Below, one piece after another: positions 1 to 11,775 of a DNA stretch of 64,000 bases. The stretch covers positions 62,001 to 126,000 of the forward strand of contig NW_026852957.1 of NCBI RefSeq assembly GCF_026571515.1. Reading direction: 5' to 3'. The translations under genes and the position numbers were made by a program. Source of the stretch: Ruditapes philippinarum (taxonomy: Eukaryota). Each line of letters opens with the position of its first letter. Position 1 is the first letter of the stretch. The notes beneath the pieces were generated by a model. The model was not told the DNA's origin. It ran no database searches and was given only the letters and a program-made list of their open reading frames with translations.

Positions 1-750
1 ATGTAGCAACGAGTATGAGTAACATGTAGTTACTATAATTGTTAATGTCTTTACAACCTGTTATATAAATCGTCTATTGACAATGTATACATTTCTTGTT
101 TTCATTTACACGATTCTACATATGAGCGTGTATTTATTAAAGATTACAGTCTTACTTTGTGACATTTTATTATATGAATGAATATAGCGGTATAATATGA
201 GATAAATGAGTAGCAATCGTTGTGTTCAACAGCGGCGCGAGTGTCCTTTACTTTTCAAAGTCTTTCACAGCCACAAAGTAAATAATATTCACTATATTTA
301 AAGTACTCTCAACTTTTAAATGCTTGAGATTTGGTTTGATTCTTTTCTTCTTAATCTATTTTCTTTTTTAAACAAACTGCTATTGAAGGTCTTTCCCAGC
401 CACAAAATAAACTTTGTTTACAACATTTAAAGTTTTACATAAATAAATGCTTTAGCTATGGTTTGATTATTTCCAGTGAATCGCTTTTCTTTTTAAACAA
501 CATATTAAGACAAAAAAATCTTCTTTTTTGTTTTTCTCCATTATTTGTGTGAAATTCATCAACATATATTGCGTGCGTGCATGCGTGAGTGTGTGTGCGT
601 GTACTTGTGCATGTGTCACAGGCTTAGAATAATATTCAGCCTGGCCGGACCTTCGAAATATCGTTCCGCGGTTTTACTATCTGAGCCATCCGGCCGCCCT
701 CTAAATAGTGAACAGTTCTTCACCGTGATACATGTATGTTCACATAGATT
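1..750 (+). repeat. Segmental duplicate of 24761-25449 (partly also 61987-62313); scramblase 3'-flank block
   Basis: Collinear matches, e.g. atgtagcaacgagtatg at 1 vs atgtagctacgagtatg at 24761; ttctccattatttgtgtgaaattcatcaacatatatt shared; similarity ends at tagattcag (about 745 and 25441). Confidence 0.9.
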
Positions 751-1812
751 CAGGTGACCGGGCAAGTACCCTTCGGAAACCATCCGAATACCTAATGGGC
801 CACAGAGTGAGAGTGACCGCCCACTTCTTCCCGGACATGATTGAAATGTTTCTCTCTGATCTCAAATTATCAACGGTGTCACATCGATCCCTCTCTATAC
901 CGGCCGGTTCCCACATGTAATGTGACGTAGGCATTACAAAGGAGGGCCACCGACCGGAGACCTTTAAAAATTGGCAATTTCAGCCCGTTTAGACATCGGT
1001 ACCCCATCGTAAATCTAATCAGAGTGTTATATGACGCAGGCTATAACAGGAAACGGGAAAGACAATTTCAGAAATGATACTACTATGATATAACTATTCG
1101 TAAAAATGGTCTACATTTTTACTTAAAATAATTTGTTAGATAAAACAGTATTTGCAATTAAAATCAACAGAATCTGGTTTCATGCTAGCTTTTATATTAA
1201 CACATAAAGTGTTCAAAATGATTTAGCAATTATCAAGTGAACAAACAATGTATTACTAATACAAATACATGTAATGTGTCAAAATAATAATAAGAAATAG
1301 CGTAATTTTGTAAAAGGCAGCACAGATATGTAGTGTGAAATAGTAGTCAGACATGTTTTCATATCACATGTAAAAACGTCAAAATAACTTTTGTATTAAT
1401 ATATTTCTTTTATGTATTCACATATTGTCTGAGATTTAATGTTCTAGAAAATTTGTTAACTAATCTTTAAAAAAAATGAACGGATAATATGATATTGTGT
1501 ATTTCTATGCACAATTTAAATACCCGTTTATGATCACTATCAGAAAATATAAGGTAAATAACTACGTCGGTCATAAATCTAATCGATTTGTTATCCCCTT
1601 TAAATATGTTCCAATCTTTAAACCTTCTGTTTATTTATAGATACACATAGCAACAAGCAGACGAAGTATTGAATAGCATTTATTGTGACTGAATTAGCAA
1701 TTATTAACGGATATAACTTACTGTCGAATTAGTTTACGTTGTTAAACTTGACGATATATATTATCACATTCCAAAATTTGAAAGGATTTTCAACTGTTTC
1801 AATGTTATAAAA

Positions 1813-1835
1813 CGACTGATTTTCATAGATTCAAA
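1813..1835 (+). promoter_or_regulatory. Putative 3' splice acceptor 7 nt upstream of the ATG (intron in 5'UTR)
   Basis: ctgat branch-like motif then tttcatAG|attcaaaATG; same arrangement in the paralogue (tttcatAG|attgaaaATG, AG at 30270-30271). Confidence 0.6.
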
Positions 1836-3554
1836 ATGGAAGTATCGGGTCGTAAGGAATGGGACGATAATCATTCAACATCTAACCAAGGGAGACAACG
1901 TACAGTTCTTTGCCAACCTTGTGAATGTGACGGTGATACAATAGAAGCGGAGGCATTCTGTGAAACTTGTAACGAGTTCCTCTGTTCTTCCTGTTTGAAG
2001 GCTCATCGGAAATTAGCTATAAGTAAAAATCACGTGATCAAGTCAAAGAATGAAATGCCAATATCAAAGGAAAAGCAAAAAGATCCATGTACGGAGTTGT
2101 GTTCAGTCCATTCTACCGAAATAATAAATTTTTATTGTGAAGACCATAATTATGTAGGATGCGGAGATTGTATTGTCCTTAGCCACAAAACGTGTTCTGT
2201 TAAACTCGTCAATAATGTCTCGGATAACTATGATGCCTGTGAGGAATTCCGGCAGACCAAGAAAAAGTTAGAAAGCCTTCAGCGTAGAATTTCATCTTAC
2301 CAGGGTATTATTGTAGATTCCATTAAAGCTGCTGATGAAATGAGAGAAAAGATTATGAAAGATATTCATATTTTCCGACAAGAGATTAACGAATATTTGG
2401 ATAATACTGAGGCAGATCTGCTGAAACGAATAGATCAGCTGACATCGAAACAAGTGTCTCAGCTTAAACATATCCAAAAAGAATTTGAGTCTATGGCCAC
2501 TGAAATGAGAGAATGCCAAGAAAAAATAAATAAAAATACAAACAAGATTAATCAATTGTTTGTAATAGCAAAACTTACACATGAAAAGATTGATGCCTGT
2601 CAGATTTCAACAGAGGAGCTAGCGTCTAAATGTGAGATTGAAACATTTGATTTTGTGAAGTCTCATTATTTAGAAAAACTTGTAACAGACAAATTACACA
2701 TTGGTGTTATCAATGCAGATAAGCGAAAGTTAAGCACACTCAACAAAATGAGTCTGAAAGACGTTCAAACGACGCTGTTAAAGACGTTAAATGTCCTCAG
2801 TGCAGTACGCGACAGGACGCAAAGCTTAATATCGGGAATGGCAATAATTTCATGTGATGAACTCTTGCTTGTGGATTGTGCAAATGATTGTTTAAAACTT
2901 ATAACCTTAGAAAAATTTAAGATAGTTGTTACATTAAATACAAATGGTAAACCATGGGACATCACTGCGATAATTTCAGGATTATTCGCAGTCACTGTAT
3001 TCACAACAGGTGAAATACTATTCATAAATACATCAAATGGTATTTCTAAAAGTCACAGTATTAAGGTTAGACATGACTGTAGAGGAATCGACTACCGTAA
3101 CGGAGTTCTTGCAGTATCGTTCGACAAACCAGCATGCGTACAGCTACTTGACATTAAAGGAAACATTATGAAAGAGTTTGATATCGCTAAACAGTGTTCA
3201 TTTCCTCATTATATAGCGTTTTGTAACGACGACAACAAAAGCTTCATTGTGTCCTGTTCCTGTAATGATGCTCTTTTTGAGTTTGGGCCAGATGGGAAAT
3301 TAAAGGATAAAATAAAAAGCAATGATATAAAGAGCCCAGAACATTTTGTTGTTACACATGATCGAGCGATTATTGTATGTTGTACAAGTATCAGTGAAAG
3401 GCTTATTATGATTACACCACATACAAGAGAGGTGCTTCCCATTACTGTGGAAGATATCAAATGTCCATTTTGCTTAGCGATATCTGAAGATCAGACGAGG
3501 ATGTTTATTTCTGACACGTCAGATCGTTATATCAAAGTGTTTAGTATCAAATGA
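1836..3554 (+). CDS. RING-less TRIM-like protein (B-box1, B-box2, coiled coil, NHL/TolB-like beta-propeller), 572 aa, single coding exon
   Basis: B-box1 CQPC..CETC..CSSC..H..H; B-box2 CSVH..CEDH..CGDC..HKTC; K/E/Q-rich helical middle; blade motifs ISGMAI, KPWDIT, CRGIDY, PHYIAF, PFCLAIS; no RING motif. Confidence 0.9.
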   Translation: MEVSGRKEWDDNHSTSNQGRQRTVLCQPCECDGDTIEAEAFCETCNEFLCSSCLKAHRKLAISKNHVIKSKNEMPISKEKQKDPCTELCSVHSTEIINFYCEDHNYVGCGDCIVLSHKTCSVKLVNNVSDNYDACEEFRQTKKKLESLQRRISSYQGIIVDSIKAADEMREKIMKDIHIFRQEINEYLDNTEADLLKRIDQLTSKQVSQLKHIQKEFESMATEMRECQEKINKNTNKINQLFVIAKLTHEKIDACQISTEELASKCEIETFDFVKSHYLEKLVTDKLHIGVINADKRKLSTLNKMSLKDVQTTLLKTLNVLSAVRDRTQSLISGMAIISCDELLLVDCANDCLKLITLEKFKIVVTLNTNGKPWDITAIISGLFAVTVFTTGEILFINTSNGISKSHSIKVRHDCRGIDYRNGVLAVSFDKPACVQLLDIKGNIMKEFDIAKQCSFPHYIAFCNDDNKSFIVSCSCNDALFEFGPDGKLKDKIKSNDIKSPEHFVVTHDRAIIVCCTSISERLIMITPHTREVLPITVEDIKCPFCLAISEDQTRMFISDTSDRYIKVFSIK

Positions 3555-3651
3555 GTTAAATCCTAGGCATAACTTAGAAATGGTTTGATAACAATTTCTA
3601 GGACATTATGGACACTATTCTTATATGAACCTTACAAAAGAATTACATTGA

Positions 3652-3790
3652 CATTTTCTGTTTCATAAACAGTTCATTAATCAAGAATTGTGATGGTCAT
3701 GTTTACATTCGATCATATTACATTTTCTATTTCATAAACAGTTCATTAATCAAGAAATTTGTGATGGCCATATTTACATTCGATCTTCAT
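3652..3790 (+). repeat. Two-copy direct repeat of about 68 bp in the 3'UTR, followed by AATAAA at 3812-3817
   Basis: cattttct(g/a)tttcataaacagttcattaatcaagaa...tgtgatgg...tttacattcgatc occurs twice. Confidence 0.8.
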
Positions 3791-4696
3791 CATGTATGTT
3801 TCCATTTTATCAATAAATTATATATATTCTATTGCGATAGAAAAAAGATTTTATAAACTTGCGTTTTAATCCTGACCCCACTAAATTTTTCAAATATACT
3901 TGTCTATATGTTAATTTGGACAGAACCATTCATCAATGTAGGAAATTTTCCAAATATGTACTGTTTGAATATCTGATATTAAATTATGGTGAGGTGCGGC
4001 CAGATCCATTTTGCACTGTTGCACAAAACAGATTTTAAAGTAAAAATGTATAAATTGAATAAAAAAACAAAGGAGAGTCAAATTATGTTTTGTCTCAATC
4101 ACGATTATCTTTAAATACCTGTTTCCATTTTATCGTTCATTTTGAATTCGACCAGACCATGATAAAAAGGTGCCAAGTTAAAAACATTTTCTTGAAAAAA
4201 GTTAAGCGTGTTTGTAACATTTGTTAAATTTGCAATGATATTCTTTGGACGAACTTTAGTTTTAAACTTTAATTTTGGTAGCCATCTTGTGGTTATCTTG
4301 ACTTTGATCTTTTTATTGCTCTTACAGAGGCCAAATAATACCAGAGGTTTGTCAAACTGACAAACATTTATGGCCATTACTGGGACAGTGTAAATGGAGC
4401 TTTAATGGCTTAATTTGACAGCCCAATTATAAGTTTAAACCAAGTCTGAGCTGGCTTATATTCTATTTCTTTTATAGAGTAATTGAAATATTGTTAAGCT
4501 TGGCTAAGCCTGTATGTTGTTATTACATGTCTAACTTTGGGACAGATTTACTTAATGAATTTATTTATGTCTTATTTTCATATACTATATTATGTATATT
4601 ATGGAGGGACACTGGTTCTAGAACAGAATCAATCCCACTACAGGCTTTTAACAGAGAAGGTGTTTATTTGCACTCTTGATTTAAACTAAATTTTTT

Positions 4697-5075
4697 TGTG
4701 GCTGAGTTGGTAATTGGACATTTCAGGCAGTCGACATTTCTTACTAGACACATCAAACAAGATTATGGGACACTTCAGAACAGTTTTCGGGACATTTCGA
4801 ACCGGATATTTGTATACTTCGGCCCATTCATTGGACGCTTTGGACCAATCATTTAGACACTTTAAACCTTTCTTTGGGATGTATCGGAACAGTCTAAAAT
4901 ACCAATTTTTGTTATATTCATGTAAATCATTATTTTTTACGAGGATATGGAAAAACAACAAAGTGCCATGGGCGCCGGGCAAAAAATACAACCAAAATAC
5001 TAAGTCGTATTTTTTAGTTTTCATCTGGTGCCTACCTAAGCAAAAGTACAACATGGCACAAATCAGCCACCGTAG
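4697..5075. mobile_element. Degenerate DNA-transposon/MITE relic
   Basis: Repeated ggacattt/ggacactt motifs; right end atggcacaaatcagccaccgtag matches the terminus seen at 14900 (inverted) and 22090. Confidence 0.55.
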
Positions 5076-6424
5076 AATTTATTATGTACTATCTTTTTTG
5101 TACAAAAATATAGACATGGTAAATATATTTGTTAAGTTTTAACTATACATGTATAAATAATGGAACAATAATCGTCTCATCCTATTTCAGTAAAAAATAT
5201 ATATATATTATAATGCTCGTAATATAATTGTAATTGTAAATTTTGTCAAAGTAATGTGTGCATAGATATTGGTTTTTATTCAATGCGTAGCCCCCAAGGG
5301 TAGTCAGACTATTCTCTCCCTTACCAGTTCCTCCCTGACGGTTCTCTCCCTATTTTGGGGGAGAAGCGTCTGACTATTTTCAAATAAGAAGACAATTCCT
5401 CCCCATTTTTATTTTTATTAATGCATTATTATTAATGCATTTATATGTTAAATAGATAGGTTAGTAAAATATCAATTGATATGAATTAGAATTTCTTATT
5501 TTATTGAAGTGTTTAGATGTTAACTGGGTAAGTTTATTATTTATTGATATAAATTAGAGTAAAAAATGTTGTAGTGAAATATTTCGATTTTATGTTATTC
5601 AAATAGGTTAGTTTTTCATTAATTAATATAAATCAGAAACAAAAATATTGAAGTTTAAAATGTTTAATAATTGGATAAATTACAGAAATTAGAGACAAAA
5701 TATTTTATCGAAGTATTTAGATGTTTAATAAATGGGTAAATTTATTATAAGTTGATATAAATTAGAAAAGAAATATTTCAACAAATTAATAAATTATTCT
5801 GTTTTTTTAATTAGATCGAATGTATAGTTTTTAATGTGTTTAGACATTGAAAATAATCAATGAATCATTTACTTGATTAGGAGAATCATTAGATATTAAC
5901 TATATACATTGTAAGTGTGTTGTTTTTTCTTTAATAAATAAGAATAAAATTTATAAGAAAAAAATGATAACTGTCTTTTAATACCTAAATTTCATACTTT
6001 ATAATCAAGAAACTTTAAGGTTTTCAAAACACATGTGCAATAAGTTTGCTGTCAAAGATAATTGAGGTGTTTTTGAGTTTATTACTTAAAATAGCTGTGA
6101 AAAGGTGTTGACGAATAAGTTTTTTATATAAATAATTTGGTCTTATATATATATTGTTTTATGTGAATGACAACATGTTCTATAATCAATTTAGTTTAGA
6201 AGTAAATATGAAATGTAATTGCATACCAGTTATTGCTTATTTATTTTCTAGAACATACTTGTTACCATGTTACTGCTATTTAACAAATAAATGAATATAA
6301 ATAGACCTCAACATAATTACAGGTGTATCAGTCACTGTCCAGTTATCTGAATCCCTCACAATGAAGGTGTTGACAGGATTAAAATGCCTGAAAAAGGTGT
6401 TAAATTTACAAACACTTTTCAGAT

Positions 6425-9400
6425 AATATATATATTCTTTATTTGAGTCTCATCCATACATAATATAAAACAATTCAATGACATAATTTTACAAAGTAAA
6501 AGTTATTTATGTACGGCCATTCTTATCAGAATTACAAGAGACTATAAAATTTTTAATCTAATGGAAGGGAGGCAACTCTGCAAGAATGTCCAATGTTACT
6601 TACAGAGTTACCTCTCTTCTCATTCCATATTCATATGCATGTTACAATTTAAAATTGCTAAAATAAGAAACTATTGCTAATCTTGTTCTAAAATACTTAA
6701 AATGTTTCTGGTAATTTTTGCTTTACAGTAAAAATCCTTAAAATGTTCTCTTCCTTAAACCCGTAAAATTACACTGAATAGCAATAGATTCTTAAACTAT
6801 AAAATCATGTAAATAAAATTATTTCGCATCATTGGAAAGATAAAAACCTATACACGTAAAATAAAACATTATTCACATTTAAGTGACTTTACATATAATG
6901 TCTTTGCCTAAAAATAAAATAAAAACGATCAGTTACTAATTATTAACTATGAGTATGTTTACCATTTCAAGAGACCTAGAGAGTTTACAATTACCCTTGT
7001 CTAATGATTAAAAGTATTAAAATATTACTAACCATAAAATCAGGCTTATAAATACCCTGATTAGTACAATTTCTCAATAATATAATGTAAGACTCTCAGT
7101 TTGTTGGATAAAAAGTTTAGCAATTTACATTAACATTATAAGAGACAGTTCTCATGAATATAACCAGTTAGTTCTACTTTTAAGAATATTGAAACAGGAT
7201 TTTGCAGCACACTTTACAATTTCAGTATTGGAAAAAATGAACGACAATTTATTATCATCAGACAGCCTTAAAAATTGATCATTTACATTTTCTGCTTTGG
7301 CAAATAAATCTTTCCTAATATCCTCATACCTTGGACAATATAAAATAACATGTTTCTCATCTTCAATTCCAGTTTTACAGATTGGACAAATTCTTTGGTT
7401 CAAAGCTAACCTTTCATATCTGCCCGTTTCGAGTCTGATAGGGGCTACCCCACATCGGAACTTTGCAAATGCTGCTCTATGCTTAATCGGCAGGATAGCA
7501 GTTACATATGCTTCTGTTTCATAACTAAACTTAAAGGTTCTGTAAGTCCTCAATTTATTTCCCCCTTGCCCAGAACTACTATTTATTGTATGTAGTGACT
7601 CAATCCATTCATCCAAATACTCATCTAGATATGAGCTGGTTAGCTTTTCCACCAAACAATTTTTATTTAAAACATTATTAAGAACAAAAAATTCACCACA
7701 GTTATATTTCTCAAAAATTTCTTTTACTCTAAAATACCAGTTCTTACAAGTTCTACCCGCCTGCTTAAAACAGTACATATTTACTTCACAATTTATTCTC
7801 ATACTGTTCATACTTGCAGATCGACACCAAGTACTCGCCACACATTTAAGTTGTTTAATAAAGATAGGTTCCCAGCCCATATCCCCGGCAACTGCCGCAT
7901 TTGGAGTGTATCTGCCTGTTCCTAAGAAAAACCTCATTGCCCGGTTCTGTACTGCTTCAATACATTTGTACTTTCTTGTACCCCAAATAGCAGCACTATA
8001 ACCCATAACAGGCCAAACAATGGAATCATACAATTTTTTAAATACATTGAAAGGCATACCTCCAAGTTGCTTAAATTTTGCAATAATAAGTCCAAGAGCC
8101 CTGCTTGCTGCCTTAGCAACAAATTTTGCTGTAAAGTTATAGTCAAGAAACTCATTAAGAGCCAGCCCAAGATAGACATAGCTATCAGTGACATTTAAAC
8201 TATCAGTTCCACACTTGAATGGAAACGATGTTCTTGGTGTCGATAAGCTTCGAAAATGTACAACATTACTTTTCTTTACATTGATTGCCATATGATTTGT
8301 ATTACACCATATAAATACAGTATCTAACATGGCTTGTAAATCCTGCTCATTTTTTGCCAAAAGTACTACATCATCAGCATATAATAAAATTGATAAGAAT
8401 TTACCCTCTTCAAGTTCTATTCCTAGACCTAGAGACTTTATGTTTACAGCCAGATCATTTATATAGCAGTTAAATAACACGGGGGATAAAATGCATCCTT
8501 GACGTAATCCCAAATTAACATCAAACCACTTTGAAGTGTAACCATTCAGTCTTATACATGAACTTACACAAGAATATAGAGACTTAATAACATTTAACAT
8601 TTTACAATTCAATCCCATCTTAAATAAATGTTCCCATAATATTGAACGGTCAACTGTGTCATAAGCCTTTTTAAAATCTATAAACGCAGTAAAAGTGCTG
8701 AGTTTCTTTTTTAATCTAGTTTCTATAATAGATGTGATACTTGATAAATGGTCCCCAGTACTACGCTTCTTACGAAAGCCATTTTGCTCATCTACCAATT
8801 TGGAGTTATCCTCTAACCATGATGATAACCGTTCGTTAATAACTGAGCAATATAGCTTGTACATAGTAGGTGCTAAAGTTATACCCCTATAATTTAACGG
8901 ATTCAAAGGATCTGTTGTATTAGATTTTGGGATGGGATTAATAATGCCTTTTCCCCAGTCTTTAGGTATTTGACCAGTTTCGAAACATACATTAAACAGT
9001 ACATGCAAGAATAAAACTGCAGTATCATTTTTAAAAGCTTCATATGGTATGTTATCAACACCACAAGCTTTACGGAAATCTGCTTTATCTATGGCTTTTT
9101 TAACTTCATTTACTGAAATATTATTGTCTAGCTGTGGGATATAACTGTTATGATCTGTCTGAACGTCTCGATAAACACTAGATCCATCAGCAGGGGAACC
9201 ATTCAAGAGATCTTTAAAACTATCTTTCCAATAATCTAACACTTTGTCTTGATCTGTAACTAATACTCCTTTGTCATCAACAAACTCAAATGGAATGTTG
9301 TGTGTTTTTGTTTTAGATATACCAACTTTACCAATTGTTTTCCAAAACCTGTTTTGGTCACATTCTACATAGTTAAGTAGTTCTCCCTGCTGTTGGAACC

Positions 9401-9450
9401 AGTATTTTCTTTTAGTTTTTTGTACCTCCCTATCAAAAAGTTTTCTAAAG
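6425..9450 (-). mobile_element. 5'-truncated non-LTR retrotransposon (probably RTE-X-like) with about 730 bp 3'UTR
   Basis: RT ORF plus 3'UTR ending gagactcAAATAAAgaatatatat on the minus strand; no endonuclease domain or ORF1; clade assignment is from recall of the C-terminal motif only. Confidence 0.8.
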
Positions 9451-9458
9451 ATAAACAT
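7152..9458 (-). CDS. LINE ORF2 fragment: reverse transcriptase plus C-terminal Cys/His knuckle (768 aa, N-terminally truncated)
   Basis: NYRGITL, QNGFRK, FIDFKKAYD, GLRQGCILSP, LLYADD, YLG motifs; ETGRY..CPIC..EDEKHVILYCPRY. Confidence 0.92.
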   Translation of the reverse strand: MFIFRKLFDREVQKTKRKYWFQQQGELLNYVECDQNRFWKTIGKVGISKTKTHNIPFEFVDDKGVLVTDQDKVLDYWKDSFKDLLNGSPADGSSVYRDVQTDHNSYIPQLDNNISVNEVKKAIDKADFRKACGVDNIPYEAFKNDTAVLFLHVLFNVCFETGQIPKDWGKGIINPIPKSNTTDPLNPLNYRGITLAPTMYKLYCSVINERLSSWLEDNSKLVDEQNGFRKKRSTGDHLSSITSIIETRLKKKLSTFTAFIDFKKAYDTVDRSILWEHLFKMGLNCKMLNVIKSLYSCVSSCIRLNGYTSKWFDVNLGLRQGCILSPVLFNCYINDLAVNIKSLGLGIELEEGKFLSILLYADDVVLLAKNEQDLQAMLDTVFIWCNTNHMAINVKKSNVVHFRSLSTPRTSFPFKCGTDSLNVTDSYVYLGLALNEFLDYNFTAKFVAKAASRALGLIIAKFKQLGGMPFNVFKKLYDSIVWPVMGYSAAIWGTRKYKCIEAVQNRAMRFFLGTGRYTPNAAVAGDMGWEPIFIKQLKCVASTWCRSASMNSMRINCEVNMYCFKQAGRTCKNWYFRVKEIFEKYNCGEFFVLNNVLNKNCLVEKLTSSYLDEYLDEWIESLHTINSSSGQGGNKLRTYRTFKFSYETEAYVTAILPIKHRAAFAKFRCGVAPIRLETGRYERLALNQRICPICKTGIEDEKHVILYCPRYEDIRKDLFAKAENVNDQFLRLSDDNKLSFIFSNTEIVKCAAKSCFNILKSRTNWLYS

Positions 9459-11265
9459 ACAACGTAAAATGCACTTAACATCAAATACATTCTTATAATA
9501 ATCTTCATTAAGAAATGCTATTAGATTAAGTCCAAACTAAAATGATAACTTAAAAAATAAAATTGGGGAGAACTGTCTGCATATATAAAATTTAAAAGAG
9601 AACCGTCAGGGGAGGAAACTGTTTGGGAGAGAACCGTATGTTCGTTAAGTTAGCCGGAACAGCCGGAGCAGCCGGAACTCATTTTGTCTATTTTTGTCTC
9701 ATTTTGAATGGCAATCATGCAAATGAATTACGTTTGGTGAATAACTAACCACCTAAAAGGTATGGTAAACGGAAACTACGCCGCTTCTTGTCGCCGACGT
9801 TAAATACCGAAAATGAGCGGATAAATACGTTTATTTACGATGATGTAGTGGGCGGGAAAATGGGGGGAGCTTATTTTATCTACTACTGAAATACGTGTAA
9901 AGCTGGATTATGCTGATCCGAATCATGATGGCTAAGAATGTAACTTCTGTTTTGTCGGCGTATACACGAACAATGAGTATTCGAACACTTGGTATTGCTA
10001 CTATCAGTAAATGTTTTGTCGTTTCACAAAATGTATTTTGTTGAAATTCATGTTTACAATGTTAAATCGGCAAACTCAATCCAAGGTTTACATATAATTG
10101 TATTTTGTCTATTAACAAACTGTTCAACTCAGATCAACAAGGCTGGATTTTTGGCCATATATATATAACAGTCGAGTTTTTTTCCTATATGAATCAATGA
10201 AAAAACTGTACTGTTATATATCAATACAGTTTTGAAATGCTTGAAGTGTACTGAGTATAATGGGTTAGTTAGAACAAAGGATAAGTTCCAAACCATGCGA
10301 TAAATGGTTATCTCCCCCGGCGTTTAAGAAATTAGAGATCCATACCGAACTACAATGTAATTGCATTGTGTCCTATAGATCAATAGCTGATCAATAGCTC
10401 TATAAAATATCTAGTATCAAATAACGTGTTATAAGGTTGGATATATATGTTGGAAAAAACCTGGCTAAAATAATAGTTTTACAGGTTTCGGTTGGATAGC
10501 TAATATCAAGAGGATCTCATAATTAACTGACATATATTTCCGTGTATATTATAAGACACATCGGTGTGTGAATATACATAACTTTAAATAAAAGGGAGGT
10601 AGAAATTGTAAGTACCTTGTTTGTTATTGTTTTTTTTTATATATTCTAATGTGTACTTGTCGTTAACATGTCAATAAATTGATATAAAACTTTGAAATTG
10701 CAGAATTTGACTAATTCAGTAACTCATGAAATATATATCTTTTGTCTATATGTAGAAGTACGTTGTACGTTGGTTTTTTTGTACCCTTTTAATACCTGCT
10801 AAATTACGTAAATGGATTTTCCCAGTTTCCATTTATGGAACTGACCATTACATCAACTCGGGGGGGGGGGGGGGCATATTGATGACGAATTAAACAACAA
10901 ATTTGAACTTGTGTGACTTTTTATGAGTCCAGAAAGAGTTTACTTTCGTGACTTTACCGATTTCACTTTAATTTAAACAAACGTTGATTTATTGATAAAC
11001 TTCATGTGTACAAAGGGTTAAATATCAAATTGTGTCTATATCAATATGATATAAATATATTTGCTCGCCCGCTATGGTTTAGTCCGGTTGGAAAATAACA
11101 TGCATAATTACGACAGGTATGTCGTTATTTTATTAACTTAAAAATTAAAATAAGTAATAAATACAGAAACTGACAGAATTTCTCTTTATTAAGATAAATT
11201 ATAATTTCATTACATTATTGAAATATTATTAAGGGATTGAATTTGTATTATTGTAAAATAACATA

Positions 11266-11573
11266 CAGTGCAACCTCCATAAAACGATCACTCGTAGAGA
11301 ACTTTACTTCTTTACAGCAAATGTTTCAATTATTACTTCACAATATATTTAACTTCTCTAGAGCAATTCCTGTTTGCAACGACCAAAATTTATTATTGTA
11401 AAAGAGCATACAGAACAACCTCTACAAAACGACCACCTGTAGAACAATAACCTTCATACAGCAACAGAAATTAAGACTTCTTGCCATATATTTTACTTCA
11501 TTAAAGCAACACCTGGCTGCAACGGCCAAATTTTTAGCCTTCTAAAGGGTGCTTCTTTGACGAGGTTGTACTT
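11266..11573. mobile_element. Tc1/mariner-type MITE with an internal duplication
   Basis: TA|cagtgcaacctc ... gaggttgtactt|TA imperfect TIRs with TA flanks; a second left-end copy (tacagaacaacctc) near 11409. Confidence 0.65.
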
Positions 11574-11732
11574 TACCGGCTCCTGTAATGAAAGATTAAA
11601 TATTTGTGTTGCGGATCGGTGGCCAATTTCAAATAATAAATTGTCATTGTCTTTGGCCACTATTCTATTTTTTAGAGGACATGAATGAGGGCGCCTCGTT
11701 TATTTTATCAGCAAAATATTGAGTTGTGAGAA

Positions 11733-11775
11733 ATGGAGAAGTCCTTATATCCACCTGAACCGCCGCCTTCATATG
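11733..11775 (+). CDS. Scramblase coding exon 1 (MEKSLYPPEPPPSY, phase-1 donor)
   Basis: aaATGG start; G|gtaata donor; frame continues into exon 2. Confidence 0.7.

Larger units (their letters stand above)
5303..9643. mobile_element. Non-autonomous TIR DNA element interrupted by a LINE
   Basis: Left end ttctctcccttaccagttcctccctgacggttctc (about 5312-5346) is the approximate reverse complement of the right end gagaaccgtcaggggaggaaactgtttgggagagaa (about 9598-9633); no clear TSD. Confidence 0.7.

Noticed and set aside
545-1040. Short ORFs in a GC-richer patch after a (GT)-type microsatellite
   Set aside because: No recognisable domain and not preserved in the duplicate at 25300-25450; a repeat relic or a promoter cannot be distinguished.
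4686-5142. Overlapping 122-aa and 142-aa ORFs
   Set aside because: They lie in a repeat relic and show no protein motifs.
11060-11122. Strong donor cag|gtatgt at 11116 as a coding exon
   Set aside because: No ATG in a compatible frame; it could be a 5'UTR exon of the scramblase but is unsupported without transcripts.
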